Source of the DNA: Hypanus sabinus
Taxonomy: Eukaryota
Length of the DNA: 64,000 bases
Direction: 5' to 3'
Assembly (NCBI RefSeq): GCF_030144855.1
Contig: NC_082708.1
Location: forward strand, 87,730,001 to 87,794,000
The notes under the pieces: model-generated
Seen by the model: only the letters and a program-made list of their open reading frames with translations
Databases searched by the model: none
Told to the model about the DNA's origin: nothing
Translations under genes and position numbers: made by a program
Shown here: one piece after another, positions 12,641 through 25,828 of the stretch
Layout: each line of letters begins with the position of its first letter
Numbering within the stretch: position 1 is the stretch's first letter

Positions 12641-14299
12641 TATGCTCTGAATAAACAAATGTCAAGAAATCTTATGATTTCTATGAACATCTAAATCCAC
12701 TTCATTTAATAATCAGACTTCTAACTAAGTGGGATCAATTTGGATCAATTTCTGCATATAGTTTCATCAACAATTCAATCCATAGCATGCCAAGTTTTAT
12801 TAATTTAACTTAGAACAATTTTTGTATTGGGAAATGGAATTCAGGAAATGATAATGAAAGCCATACTTTTACAAAAACAGTTTCTACCTTTTCTACTTGA
12901 AACATTTACCATGTAATAGCCTATTATGAGTTTACATGCTTTGTACACAAGCTTCCTGCACTACTGTGTAAGTGCCTAAGCCTGCAGCTTCAACAATCAT
13001 ATAGCAGCTGACTTCTATTAGCTTATACAGTACCTCATAATGATCTTTATTGTTTAACTAACCAAGAGATTCTCCATTATTCTTTTTACCCAAGAAAAAG
13101 TACAAAATTGCCATAAATTTCTCTAATGAGAACTTCAGGAGCCTGTGCAGAAAATAGGTTAAAGAAAACCATTTTGTATAATTCAGAAGTTTTGTGAAAC
13201 ATTAGGCAAATTCGGAAAAGAGATCTGTATTGTTCTCTTGGTAGTATATTAACTCGGCATATTTTACAACCAACGATTCTTCCAGAGTGGAAATAAAAAG
13301 GGAAATACATTATAATTACTGAAATTTTTCATGCTCGTTTACATGTACATGGAGATCTTATCAGAACAAAATTCTACTCTAAACCTAGCAGAGATTGCTC
13401 TTTTTCAGATCTGCCATTTTACTTTCCTGAGGATGAAGAAATCAAACTTCCCTAATAATGAGTGACAGGTAGTTGTTATCCTTTAGAAAAGTCCTTGAAA
13501 ATGACTCAAAAATGATTTTTTTCATGTTAGCAAAAAGGATAAAAAGATGTATGATGAAACATTCAAATTTATGAAAAAATAGCTTATCTTCATTTATTTT
13601 TTCTGCATCATGTCCTTTCCTTCTGGCTTGGCTAATCCTCTACTGGATGTAATTTCACAGGCTGCAAGAATTGCTTTCCTTTCTTTTCAACGAGCCCACA
13701 TCCCATCTGCATAGAAGAGAAAGGTCCATTTAGTATCTGAAACTCAGGAGACATGGAAGAAAGTGAAACAGTTTGCTAGGAATAAAGCAACATCCATAAG
13801 TATTTGATGAAGTGTATATGTTATAAAATGTTTTATCTCAACATGAGAGTTCTGACTTTGAAATAAATGCAGTGCCTATTATTATTTTTTATTGTAAGAA
13901 AGTTAATTGGAATCAATAACAATGATTGGAAACATCCTGCTCCTTAACAGACTGCATTGTTGCAATCCTTACAATGTTTGGGACTGTGCAGACATAAGAA
14001 TATATTTTCATGCTGACAAGCATACTTAAACAACATTATTGGTCTTGAAAATGAACTTTAGTAGCATGGTCTTTTTTTTAAAAAAAAAGACAAGATACTC
14101 CGAAAGTCCCAATTTTATTGACTAATGACCCTGCCCATTTCATTTTAAGCTAATACGCCTTAGTAGCAGATCTCTTAGGCACTCAAGCCTGTCCCACCAT
14201 TGAGAAAGATCATGGCCAATCTGATCATAACCTCAGCTGCTCTTCTCAATCCATCAAATTATCTTTCATTCCATGCTCATCAAAAATTTTCATTGACCA

Positions 14300-15160
14300 T
14301 GTTACATTTACTATTCTATAGATTTGCTGAGTGTGCCCGCAGGAAAATGAATCTCAGGGTTGTATATGTTGACATACATGTTCAAAGCTCAAATTTAATG
14401 TCAGAGAAATGTATACAATATACATCCTGAAATGCTTTTTTTCGCAAACATCCACAAAAACGGAGTGTCCCAAAAAATGAACAACAGTTAAACATGAAAA
14501 CCACTAAGTGCCCCCCAGCATCGGTACCATCACCGAGCCCACACATGTGCCAAACAACACCAAAGGTACAGACCAAAATTACCCCAAAGTTTTCTCATTT
14601 CATCTGACAATCGACAAACCAATGATTCTCTCTCTCCATGGCAAGGGAGAGGGAGGTGTCCCCTATTTCACAGTGGGCGGGAGACATAATAACAACCCAC
14701 TGGTTTACGTTGTTAAACGTCCATTTCATCACTTTTTTTGAGCTCTGTGTCAGAAGATTGCAAAGATGTTGGGTTTTTGGGCCCACAGCGAAAGATTTTC
14801 TGGCCTCCCCGATGACACAAGTCTCCTGCCGTGCCACCAACCCTCGATCTGCCTGTCTCCAGAGCCCCGAGATCTTAGGCTTCCAAACACGATTGAGACT
14901 CTCCGGAAAAACCCTCAGCATGTCAAATAATGGCCAGTTGTAGAACCCCAAGAATGGGTCCCATTCCTGCCTGTGCATAACTCCAGGTCAGAGTCTTCAA
15001 AAGAACACTGAAAGGGAAAAATAAAGACATTAAAAGTAGAAATAGAGCTGTTTCCGAAGATGCAAACAAAGGAGTCACTGTTAAGTGCCGCCATTAGGTG
15101 CCACTAACCCTCCCAAGCTCAGCCTTCATGTACTTTGATAATAATATTTACTTTGAAGTT
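14300..15160 (+). mobile_element. Rex-Babar 3' UTR fragment split by an insertion (host pieces about 14300-14382 and 15126-15160)
   Basis: ...aaaatgaatctcagggttgtatatgttgacatacatg | catgtactttgataataatatttactttgaag rejoins to match 6688-6752. Confidence 0.7.
14383..15125 (-). mobile_element. Second non-autonomous element with ATGGCGGC head and Rex-Babar-like tail
   Basis: GCCGCCAT at 15087-15094. The left end resembles the reverse complement of a Rex tail. catgt is present on both flanks. No RT homology. Confidence 0.55.
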
Positions 15161-16619
15161 ATCCACCTATGCCTTATATGCAGACTGTCTCCATTGCATT
15201 TGGGGCAATTGTTTTCAAAGTCCTATCACTCAGAGAGGAAATATATGCACTTCATCTCAGTTTTAAGTGGATTATGTACTAATTACTCATGAAGAGCAGT
15301 TCTAACATTCATCCACAAAATGAAATATCCACACCGTATCTACCCACTAAAGATCTCATCTATCTCATTCAAATCTTCTCTTAGTCAAATAAATTTTAGT
15401 ATATAGAAGCCAGTTTTTCCCAAAATTTTATCAACTTGCTATGTATTCAGATAAAATAACTCTGACATGGTCCATTGTTCTTGCTGAATTATACACAATA
15501 TTCCAGATGCGATCTGACAACTGCCCTTTACAACTAAAGCATAACACCATATGTTTATAGTATGTGATTATGTTTTAATTCAACTTAATATAGAATGCAT
15601 TTCAACTCAAATATGTAACATTGCTCTTCAGTCATCTATATACAGTGTGTACATGTGAATATACACACACATGGTGTATCCTATTACATGAAACTATACA
15701 CATATTCACAGCATTGACTCTGGGACTGAAGGAAGTTGTTCTCACAGCTCAGGACACATTTCTTCTCTAACAATTGACACTGCTCTCCTCATATGATTGT
15801 AGTGTGGTCTCTAGATGACATCAGACAATCTGCACTGTATAGGAGAGTGTCCAATTCTGTGCTTAATCTTTCCAAGTACCCACGCATGATCAGCTCTGTG
15901 GCCCCTCACCTGGACTGCTTGCCCAGGAGTGAAACATCAATCCTTGCTTGAGGAGCTCTTAATTTCTCTCAGTTGCTTGTCCTATATACTCTGAGATTGG
16001 GTTTGAGGAGATCCAGTGGTGAACACAAGGGACAACACAAGAACAGCACAGCTGGTAAGTTTTTGGCTGTGCAGCATGCTACATTGCGATATGCAAGGAA
16101 GAAATTAGCGAGCTTTTGATTCGGTATCACTGTGGAGTGTTCTGCTGACATTGCTTACAGTGTATTCTTCATACCCTGAACAAGCTATTTGTAGCTGGGT
16201 TTTACAGTGTCTCATTCCATTCATTTTCTGGAGTGACTGAAACTGTTCCACAGCAAACTGTGGTCCATTGTCACAGACTAGGAGCTCTTAACAGCAGTCC
16301 TAGAGAAGAGGCTTCTCAACTCAGTGTGTGGGGTTGTAGTGGAGGCTATTGGGAACACTTCCAGCCACAGTCTATCTGCATCAGCTACTACTAAAACATC
16401 TGATCCCATGAATGGTTGGCAAAATCTACAAGAATTCTCTGGTAAAAATAGGGGAGCTGGGATTTCTGCAGCACATTTCAGGCATTTTGGGTTGCCATGT
16501 AAACCTGAGACAATGTACAATTTTTTTCTGATTTCCCTTTGTGTCGTAATCAGGAGACAGCCAATTTACATTACAGAGAATATTTCAGGAGAAGTGTCCT
16601 CTTTCATAAGTTTTACAGT

Positions 16620-19265
16620 TATTGCTCAGGATATTCCCGGGATTACTGTCTGTGCCACGTGACAGCAAGTATAGGAATAGAATGAGGTGGAGGATAAATG
16701 CGTCGCTGAGGGATTGGAGCAGGGGGCAGGGATTCAGATTTCCGGATCATTGGGACCTCTTTTGGGGCAGGTGTGACCTGTACAAAAAAGTACGGATTGC
16801 ACTTGAATCTAAGGAGAGTTTAAACTAGAATTGTTGGGGAGTGGGAACTAAACTGAAGAGACTGGGGAAGAGGAGGTTGGCTCACAAATAGAGAAAGCTT
16901 GTAGACAGTGCGAGAGGGATGATAGGCAGGTGATAGAGAAGGGACATGCTCAGACCGAAGGTTTGAGATGTGTCTATTTTATTGCAAGGAGTGTTGTGAA
17001 CAAAGTGGATAAGCTTAGAGCATGGATCAGTACTTGGAAATAATGATGTGGTGGCCATTACAGAGACTTGGATGACTCAGGGATGGGATTGGTTACTTCA
17101 AGTGCCGGGTTTTAGATGTTTCAGAAAGGATATGGAGGACGGCAAAAGTGGTGAGGGCGTGGCACTGTTGATTAGAGATAGTGTCACGGCTGATAAAAGG
17201 TGGACGCCATGGAGGGATTGTCTACTGAGTCTCTGTGCGTGGAGGTTAGGAACAGGAAGGGGTCAATAACTTTAGGTGTTTTTTATAGGCTGCCCAATAG
17301 TAACAGGGATATCAAGGACCAGATAGGGAAACAGACCCTAGAAGGACGTAATAATAACAGAGTTGTCGTGATGGGAGATTTTAATTTCCCAAATATCGAT
17401 TACCTAGATCACCCTAGAGCAAGGAGTTTAGATGGGGTGGAGTTTGTTAGGTGCATTCAGGAAGGTTTCTTGACACAATATGTAGATAATCCTACAAGAA
17501 GAGAGGCTATACTTGATTTAGTATTGCGAAATGAACCTGGTCAAGTGCCAGATCTCTCAGTGGGAGAGCATTTTGGAGTTTATGATCATAATTCTGTCTC
17601 CTTTACAACAGCATTGGAGAGAGATAGGAACAGACAAGTTAGAAAAGCGTTTAATTGGAGTAAGGGGAATTATAAGGCTATCAGGTAGGAAACTGGAGCC
17701 TCAAATTGGATAAGTCACCGGGACCAGATACGATGTACCCCAGACAACTGTGGGAGGCGAGGGAGGAGATTGCTGAGCCTCTGGTGATGATCAATGGGGA
17801 TGGGAGAGGTTCTGGAGGATTGGAGGGTTGAGAATGTTATTCCTTTATTCAAGAAAGGGAGTAGAGGTAGCCCAGGAAAATATAGACCAGTGAGTCTTTC
17901 CTCAGTGGTTGGTAAGTTGACGGTAAAGATCCTGAGAGACAGGATTTATGAACATTTGGAGAGGTGTAATATGATTAGAAGTAGTGAGCATGGCTTAGTC
18001 AAGGGCAGGTTGTGCTTTACAAGCATGACTGAATTTTTTGAGGATGTGACTAAACACATTGATGAAGGTAGAGCAGTAGATGTAGTGTATATGGATTTCA
18101 GCAAGGCATTTAATAAGGTACCCCATGCAAAGCTTATTGAGAAAGTAAGAAGGCATGGGATTCAAGGGGACATTGCTTTGTGGATCCAGAACTGGCTTCC
18201 CTACAGAAGGCAAAGAGTGGTTGTAGACGGGTCATATTCTGCATGGAAGGTTGGTGACCAGTGGTGTGCCTCAGGGATCTGTTCTGGGACCCTTACTCTT
18301 TGTGATTTTTATAAATGTCCTTGATGAGGAAGTGGAGGGATGGGTTAGTAGATTTGCTGATGACACTAAGGTTGGAGGTGTTGTGGATAGTGTGGAGGGC
18401 TGTCAGAGGTTACAGCAGGACAACAATAGGATGCAAAACTGGGCTGAGAAGTGGCAGATGGAGTTCAACCCAGATAAGTGTGAAGTGGTTCATTTTGGTA
18501 GGTCAAATATGATGGCAGAATATAGTATTAATGGTAAGACTCTTGGCAGTGTGGACGATCAGAGGGATCTTGGGGTTTGAATCCATTGGACGCTCAAAGC
18601 AGCTGCGCAGGTTGACTCAGTGGTTAAGAAGGTGTATGGTGTATTGGCCTTCATCATTGTGGAATTGATTTTAGGAACCGAGAGGTAATGTTGCAGCTAT
18701 ATACAACCCTGGTCAGACCCCACTTGGAGTACTGTGCTCAGTTCTGATTGCCTCACCACAGGAAGGATGTGGAAGGCATAGAAAGGGTGCAGAGGAAATT
18801 TACAAAGATGTTGCCTGAATTGGGGAGCATGCCTTATGAGAGTAGGTTGAGTGAACTCGGCCTTTTCTCCTTGGAGTGACGGAGAATGAGAGGTGACCTG
18901 ATAGAGATATATAAGATGCTGAGAGGCATTGATCGTATGGATAGTTAGAGATTTTTTTCCCAGGGCTGAAATAGTTGCCACAAGAGGACACAGGTTTATG
19001 GAACTGGGGAGTAGGTACAAAGGAGATTTCAGGGGTAAGTTTTTTACTCAGAGAGTGGTGAATGCGTGGAATGGGCTGCCAGCAACGGTGGTGGAGGTGG
19101 ATACGATAAGGTCTTTTAAGAGACTTTTGGATAGGTGCATGGAGCTTAGTAAAATAGAGAGCTATAGGTAAGCCTAGTAATTTCTAAGATAGAGACATGT
19201 TCAGCACAACTTTGTCGGCGGAAGGGCCTGTATTTTGCTGTAGGTTTTCTGTTTCTATGTTTGCA
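16620..19265 (+). mobile_element. CR1 LINE: ORF1 3' part (SGNH esterase-like) + ORF2 EN/RT with internal deletion + 3' tail
   Basis: LRDWSRGQGFRFPDHWDLFWGRCDLYKK (ORF1); VAITETW, VMGDFNFPNID and DHN (EN); [24 protein letters not shown] and FADDTK (RT); tail ttctgtttctatgttt. Confidence 0.93.
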
Positions 19266-20520
19266 TGTTTATTTCCTTTTCCTATGGGTCAAAAGGACAA
19301 TCCATCAGTCTGTGAAAAATTTTTCTCAGCAGTGGTAAGGTAATGTGTTAAAGGCTATACACTTCCATCACTCATACCATGTGACAGGACTGCATGTGTA
19401 GCACAAGGCCAGGTGTCAGAGGCAAGCTTCAATGGACAGTTTAGATCTTAATGTGTGAGTACAGTGTGATGCTATTGCTTCCTTTACCTTTTGGAAAACC
19501 ACTTCATATTGCTTTGTCCATTGCCATTTCCTCCTGCTCTGTAGAAATGATTCCAAGGGGTGGAGCACAGTAGCCAACTTTCTCAGGAACTGTTATAGTA
19601 ATTGACAAATCCAAAAAAAGGACTACAACTACGACTCATTCTTTGGCCTTGGACCATCAATCAGAGCTTGAATTTTCTCAGCAAATATGTAAATCTTGTA
19701 CATCAGTGATATGACCACAGTAAGTGATGCTTGGTTTAAAGAATTCACAATTGTTGCTTTGTGCTCTGAACCAATAATCTTTGATCTTATTAATAATGGC
19801 TTCTATTTTTTGGAGATGTTTTTGTTATCCTTGCTAGAAATAATGTTGACATCCAGGTAACACAGTGTCTGGACAGAGTTGCAGCACCTGATCCATAGCT
19901 TCCTGCCAGCGTGCAGGTACAGACGCTACTGCAAAAATGTCTACTACGGTGATAAAACTCTTTCTGTGTGATTATGGTGAGAAACACTTTGGACTCTTCT
20001 TCCACCTCTAACTGTAGGTAGGTCTCAGCTAAGTCAACTGAGTTGGTTCCCTCTGGAAAGATTTGCAAAGACAACCTCACCCGGGCAGATGACATTGATC
20101 TACTTTCAGTACTGGATTGATGGTAACCTTAAAAATCACCACAATCCTGACAGACCCCTTCTTGGCTATTGGGACTACTGGCATTGCAATGGGCTCCACT
20201 CAAACTTGGAAGGAGTTCCTTCAGCCTTCATGTGATCTCGCTCACTGGCTTATTTATCATGGATCATATAAGGAACTGGATAGGCTTTGTTACACCTGGG
20301 TGTGGCGTATTTTGCCCTTGATATGCTTGAGTTTTCCAATGCCATCTTTCATTATCCAGTACCTTTCTTAATTCACTTTCAGTTGACTTTCTTGCAGGGG
20401 ATGTGGCATGTAAATGAAGGATGAATCTCCAAATTGTAGTTGTCTCAGACACTCATGACCCCAAAATGTTGGCCCTCCTGTTTTTTAACCACATACAAGC
20501 CCAATGAGACTTGTTGTTTG

Positions 20521-21245
20521 TGTTACGTACACGCAATCCTGTAAAAATTTCAGCAACAAAAGAACACACCTGGAGTCTGGTTTTGCTGTTAACAAAACAT
20601 TACTTTATTAGTAACTACGTCATATAGTAACTTAAACCAGGTAAATCAAGAGTTCATGGTGTTAGGCATATATTGGTGTAAAAAAATAAAATACCCAAAC
20701 TTATTCAAGCTTAGGTGGTAAATGATACAGTCTTACGATGGTAGGTAAGAAAAGTTCAGTTCAGATGCACAGGATTGAAGTGAGAGAGAGATACTTGTAA
20801 TCTGAATAAACAGGTGACATCGATCCTACTCATTGTCCTCCAAATCTTCCAAGTCAGACAAACATGACCAACTTAAGAGTGTTGTCTTCAAGTGATAATC
20901 TACCAACCCAGGCAAGGGTTAGACACACCGGTGGATTCCACAGGGTCGCCCTTACTCACACTGATAGTCACGAATTGATTCCTCTTAATCGATCCTCAGC
21001 CCCACTCTTTGTAGGTACTTAAAGTGTGGGTCTGCGTGTCCTGTGGAACAAGCAGTAACATTCGTTTAAACATCATTGTGCTGAACACCAACTGTCCATC
21101 ATGTAGTTCCTGCTTCCTCGCTCTCTCTGTAACAAGCTGCTTGCACTGTAGCCAGTCTTCCACTGTCGCTCATCTCTCTCTCTCTCTTACAGACACGGTT
21201 CTGTAAGGCATATTCCATAAAGAATAAAACGTAAGATTCCATCAC
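20521..21245 (-). mobile_element. Solo LTR inserted in Gypsy pol
   Basis: Begins TGTTACG. 5-bp duplication GTTTG at 20516-20520 and 21246-21250. AATAAA on the minus strand at about 20604. The host Gypsy sequence rejoins across it. Confidence 0.75.
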
Positions 21246-21830
21246 GTTTGTTATATTTCACTGTTATGAATGTCAATCACACAAGAGTTATCTTTTCTCC
21301 AGTACAAGTTCTTAGTCTGATATCTGCAGGCTTCAATTCGGTATCTTTGAAATGAAATAAAACTTCATTGTGCGGAATGACTCAAACAGCCGACCCAGTG
21401 TCCAATTCCATTTTAATTATGGCTTGCACCAGAAGTGAATGCCAAGTTATTACCTGTCTACTGTTTTTTTTCCCACAATGTAAATCTCAAGGCTACCCCA
21501 TCCTGTGTCACTGGCATCATTAACAGATTTTTCATCAACAAAATGCAGATTAGAGCTCCTTTTGAAATGGCATTGACTATCTATTTTTCTCTTCTGTGAT
21601 CTCCATTTATGCTTGTTTCCCCAATGTGCTCTTTGCATGTCTCCTACTTGTTGCATTTTCTGCAAGGTTCATCTTTAAATCTGCCACTGCCACAATGGTG
21701 ACAGGTTGTTTGGACAGAGTTGTCTCTGTTTTGGTATTGTGGTTTTGCAGAATTATACCCCCCCACACACACGGACTAATCACAGGACACAAAAGATAAA
21801 CAATGTAGATCATCAACATTTCATTCAAAG

Positions 21831-21874
21831 TTGCATGGATGATGTTGCCTAGCTGGGTAACGAAACGTCTGCAA
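21831..21874 (+). ncRNA. Minimal type I hammerhead ribozyme motif, core damaged (PLE family A, 5' repeat)
   Basis: TTGCA tggATGA t GTTGCCTAG-CTGGGTAAC GAAAC GTC TGCAA. Helix I (TTGCA/TGCAA) is perfect and helix II is intact, but CUGAUGA has become UGGAUGA. Confidence 0.65.
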
Positions 21875-21920
21875 GCTAATGAGCCAGCTCAGCAACCTAC
21901 TCAGCAACAACATCCTCAAC

Positions 21921-22825
21921 TTTAACATTACATACCAACTCCTATACTCAATGCTCTGAATTATAAAGGCCAACATACCAAAAGCTTTCTTCACCACCCT
22001 ATCCACATGAGATTCCACCTTCAGGGAACTATGCACCATTATTCCTAGATCACTCTGTTCTACTGCATTCCTCAATGCCCTACCATTTACCATGTATGTC
22101 CTATTTGGATTAGTCCTACCAAAATGTAGCACCTCACACTTATCAGCATTAAACTCCATCTGCCATCGTTCAGCCCACTCTTCTAACTGGCCTAAATCTC
22201 TCTGCAAACTTTGAAAGCCTACTTCATTATCCACAACACCACCTACCTTAGTATCATCTGCATACTTACTAATCCAATTTACCACCCCATCATCCAGATC
22301 ATTAATGTATATGACAAACAACATTGGACCCAGTACAGATCCATGAGACACACCACTAGTCACCGGCCTCCAACCTGACGAACAGTTATCCACCACTACT
22401 CTCTGGCATCTCCCATCCAGCCAATCTTGAATCCATTTTACTACTTCAATATTAATACCTAACGATTGAACCTCCTTAACTAACTTTCCATGTGGAACCC
22501 TGTCAAAGGCCTTACTGAAGTCCATATAGACAACATCCACTGCTTTACTCTTGTCAACTTTCCTCGTAGCTTCTTCAAAAAATTCAATAAGATTTGTCAA
22601 ACATGACCTTCCACGCACAAATCCATGTTGACTGTTCCTAATCAGACCCTGTAGATCCAGATAATTATATATACCATCTTTAAGAATACTTTCCATTAAT
22701 TTACTCACCACTGACGTCAAACTGACAGGCCTATAATTGCTAGATTTACTCTTAGAACCCTTTTTAAACAAAGGAACCACATGAGCAATACGCCAATCCT
22801 CTGGCACCATCCCCGTTTCTAATGA
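21921..22825 (-). mobile_element. CR1 RT internal fragment inside the Penelope element
   Basis: ORF 21821..22834 contains VPEDWRIAHVVPLFKKG, YMDFSKAFDRVPH and YADDTK. Same subfamily as 55773-56970. Confidence 0.93.
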
Positions 22826-25217
22826 ACAACTCAAGAAAAAGTATTGTCATTGTCCTGGCAGGTAAAGGATTGATAACAGTCATCCTAGGCAAACCAGTCT
22901 ACATCGAGAAAGTACTGAACACCTAATTGAGACCAACCTAATTGACATATGATCTGCACACTGAAGAAGCTAAGACAGGCTAGACAAATTACTCAGTCAG
23001 AACACCTCAATATGAAGCCTGAAGGGTCTAACACCCTTCATATTTACGGACTGCCCAAAGTACACAAACCAGGTGTGCCTCAGACCAATATTCTCTCTTC
23101 CAGGCACACCAGCTTACAAACTGGCAAAGGATCTATGGAGATGATTGAAACATCTCATTGATAGCTCAACCCATTCAGTCAATTCAGCTGAGGAATTTCT
23201 TACAAGTCTTCGAAGCACCCTGATTAGTGACGATGAGGTGATGGCATCTTTCGATGTCACGGCACTGTTTACTTCTATCAACCTCAAACTGTCAAAAGAC
23301 ATGTTGGCCCGGGAGCTGGATAAATCTGATGAGTCTAACTCTAATCCCATTGACCACGTGAATGTGCTGCTATTACTAGACCTGTGTCTTACCATGCACT
23401 TTGTCTTCTATGGCCTTCTGTACGAACAAATCAAGGGCACACCAATGGGATCACCTACCTCAGGACTCATGCCCAAAGCAGTCATGCAGCGAGTGACTGG
23501 AGCACATAGCTCTGCCACTGATTCAGCCAAAACTGTGGATTCGGTATGTGGATGACACATTTATCATTATCAAGAGCACTGTGGTGGATGAGACACACCA
23601 ATGATCAATAATGTCCTTTACCGTTATTAATTTTACCAGAGAAGAGGAGAATAACAGCCGACTTCCATTCTCAGACGTTTTGGTTGAACGACAAGTCAAC
23701 AGCGAATTTCAAACAAGTATCTACCAAAAGGCAACTCCCATAGATAAAATACTCAAAATCTCCACAACAACCACTCAAGCATCCACAAGCATAGCTGCGT
23801 CAAGACATTATTCAAACGGGCCACCACACATTTCAGCACAACATTGCTAAGTAAGAGTGAAGAAAACATCTACCAAGTTTTCAAGAACAATGAATACTCA
23901 AGGAATTTTGTTCGGCGCTGCTTGTCCTACTGAAAATCAAAACGAACAACGTCCAACCAAGCTGGTCACCCTACCCGACATCAAGAACATATTGGAAGTG
24001 GCAATAGATTTCTACAATCATTTGATATCACAATAGCACACAAACCTACAGCCACACTACTCCACTGTCTATCAAGACTAAAAGGCTCCCTACCTATGAT
24101 GCACATAAGGATCACCATATACAAAATTCCATGCACTAACTGTGACAAACATTATATTGGACAGACTGGTAGGAAGCTATCAGCAAGGGTACATGAACAC
24201 CAACTAGCTGTAAACCGCCATGATCAACTTTCCCTTATATCTATATTTTGTAGCCTAGGGAAAAATACACACGCAGGACAACAAATACTTTTTTGGGTCT
24301 TAAATTCTGTTTTCGCTGTTTCATTGCAGAAAGAGTGTATCAAAATAAAAATGGTAAAATATATTAAAAACTAATTCCCCCTATTACAATCTCAGTTTAA
24401 CTTCAGACCAGAACCTTGTTATATATGCAGTATGAAAATAACTAATATGATAGTGGCAATTTTAAAAAGTACAAACATTAAAATCCCACCAACCCTGTAG
24501 TTTACACACATCGAAAATATGAATAAATACATCTCATCTTAATTAAGAGACATACTCACATTTGGAACACACATGTTTAACTTCCAAACACATTTTGCCT
24601 AGACCTCCTCGCTCACGTTATGTAAACAGAGAATAACATTTTCACATTACTCTGATACATTCAGTCATGAAACAATAAAGAAACACATAAACTTTTACAA
24701 TATTTTGCCTTGTAGTTGAATTACTAAAAAGACTGACCTAGTAGGCCAATTAAGGAACTTCACAATCAGGCTTTCCAGTGCTGATCATTTACTCGCGAAA
24801 ATCCACATATAAAACACATCGTTATTGATAGTCTAGATTTACAAACAAGTATATACGAATTTACATGGATATTATCAAATATTATTCACCTTACCTCATC
24901 AAACCTGGGAAAAGCATTCAAACTCTGTCCTTTCTAGAACATGGCAACTCTTCGTTCTACTCCACCCATGCAAAATGACATCACTGTTTTCTCTTAAAGG
25001 CACAGGCAGCTCTTTTAGTATAGCCAAGATGAATTCCTAAGAGCACTCTATAACAATCAAAAAAAGCTATTCAACGGCCACCTGGTTACATATACATTGT
25101 GATAGCAAAGCACATCAATTCGACTGGACTAATGCCAAGCCTGAAAATTCTTAGAGGCTTTGTTCTCCACACAAAATTCTATCAACTTACACATCAAGAT
25201 GAACCCAGTTTACATCC
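22826..25217 (+). pseudogene. Penelope RT + GIY-YIG endonuclease ORF, frameshifted and split by a solo LTR
   Basis: IYGLPKVHKPGVP, MASFDVTALFTSI, YEQIKGTPMGSP, RYVDD-like at about 23543, FTREEENNSRLPFSDV, IYKIPCTNCDKHYIGQTGRKLSARVHEH (GIY-YIG). Resumes at about 25091 with HQFDWTNA...FSTQNSINLHI. Confidence 0.92.
24249..25090. mobile_element. Probable solo LTR inserted in the Penelope GIY-YIG domain
   Basis: Short inverted termini TGTAGCC...GGTTACA. The host reading frame SLIS|IHCDSKAH rejoins across it. The TSD is imperfect. Confidence 0.6.
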
Positions 25218-25621
25218 NNNNNNNNNNNNNNNNNNNNNNNNNNNNNNNNNNNNNNNNNNNNNNNNNNNNNNNNNNNNNNNNNNNNNNNNNNNNNNNNNNN
25301 NNNNNNNNNNNNNNNNNNNNNNNNNNNNNNNNNNNNNNNNNNNNNNNNNNNNNNNNNNNNNNNNNNNNNNNNNNNNNNNNNNNNNNNNNNNNNNNNNNNN
25401 NNNNNNNNNNNNNNNNNNNNNNNNNNNNNNNNNNNNNNNNNNNNNNNNNNNNNNNNNNNNNNNNNNNNNNNNNNNNNNNNNNNNNNNNNNNNNNNNNNNN
25501 NNNNNNNNNNNNNNNNNNNNNNNNNNNNNNNNNNNNNNNNNNNNNNNNNNNNNNNNNNNNNNNNNNNNNNNNNNNNNNNNNNNNNNNNNNNNNNNNNNNN
25601 NNNNNNNNNNNNNNNNNNNNN
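25218..25621. other. Assembly gap (404 N)
   Basis: Run of N. Confidence 1.
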
Positions 25622-25714
25622 CTCAGCTTAATGGTGCATTACTGGCACCATCTGCTCCGGAGTGTGGATCAGACGATAGACTTACATTCTAAATTCCTTC
25701 ACCCATTCTCTCAC

Positions 25715-25752
<38 letters not shown>

Positions 25753-25828
25753 CCTAATCTACACTTTATCCTTCCTTCTTTGGCCATCCTAGTACCCTAT
25801 TCCTGCTTAACCATCCCTGCTTAACATC

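Larger units (their letters stand above)
15560..21700 (-). mobile_element. Degenerate Gypsy LTR retrotransposon (gag-knuckle/protease/RT/RNase H/integrase remnants), interrupted by a CR1 and a solo LTR
   Basis: Integrase: KLANFFLAYRN...LCSPLDLLKPNL (15969-16151) and DNGPQF (about 16255-16272). RT: VDLAETYLQLEVEEESKVFLTIITQK (19790-20095). A protease-like region lies at 21250-21420. Confidence 0.8.

Noticed and set aside
13030-13707. Possible minus-strand terminal exon after cctttctcttctatgcag
   Set aside because: All three frames stop within 25 codons and no upstream partner exon could be identified.
15563-15710. Possible 3' LTR of the Gypsy element (TGTGA...TCACA)
   Set aside because: No matching 5' LTR, polypurine tract or TSD was found, so it is not called separately.
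25099-25792. Long ORFs 25099..25692 and 25160..25792
   Set aside because: Artefacts of translating through the N gap; only the first residues are Penelope GIY-YIG remnants.
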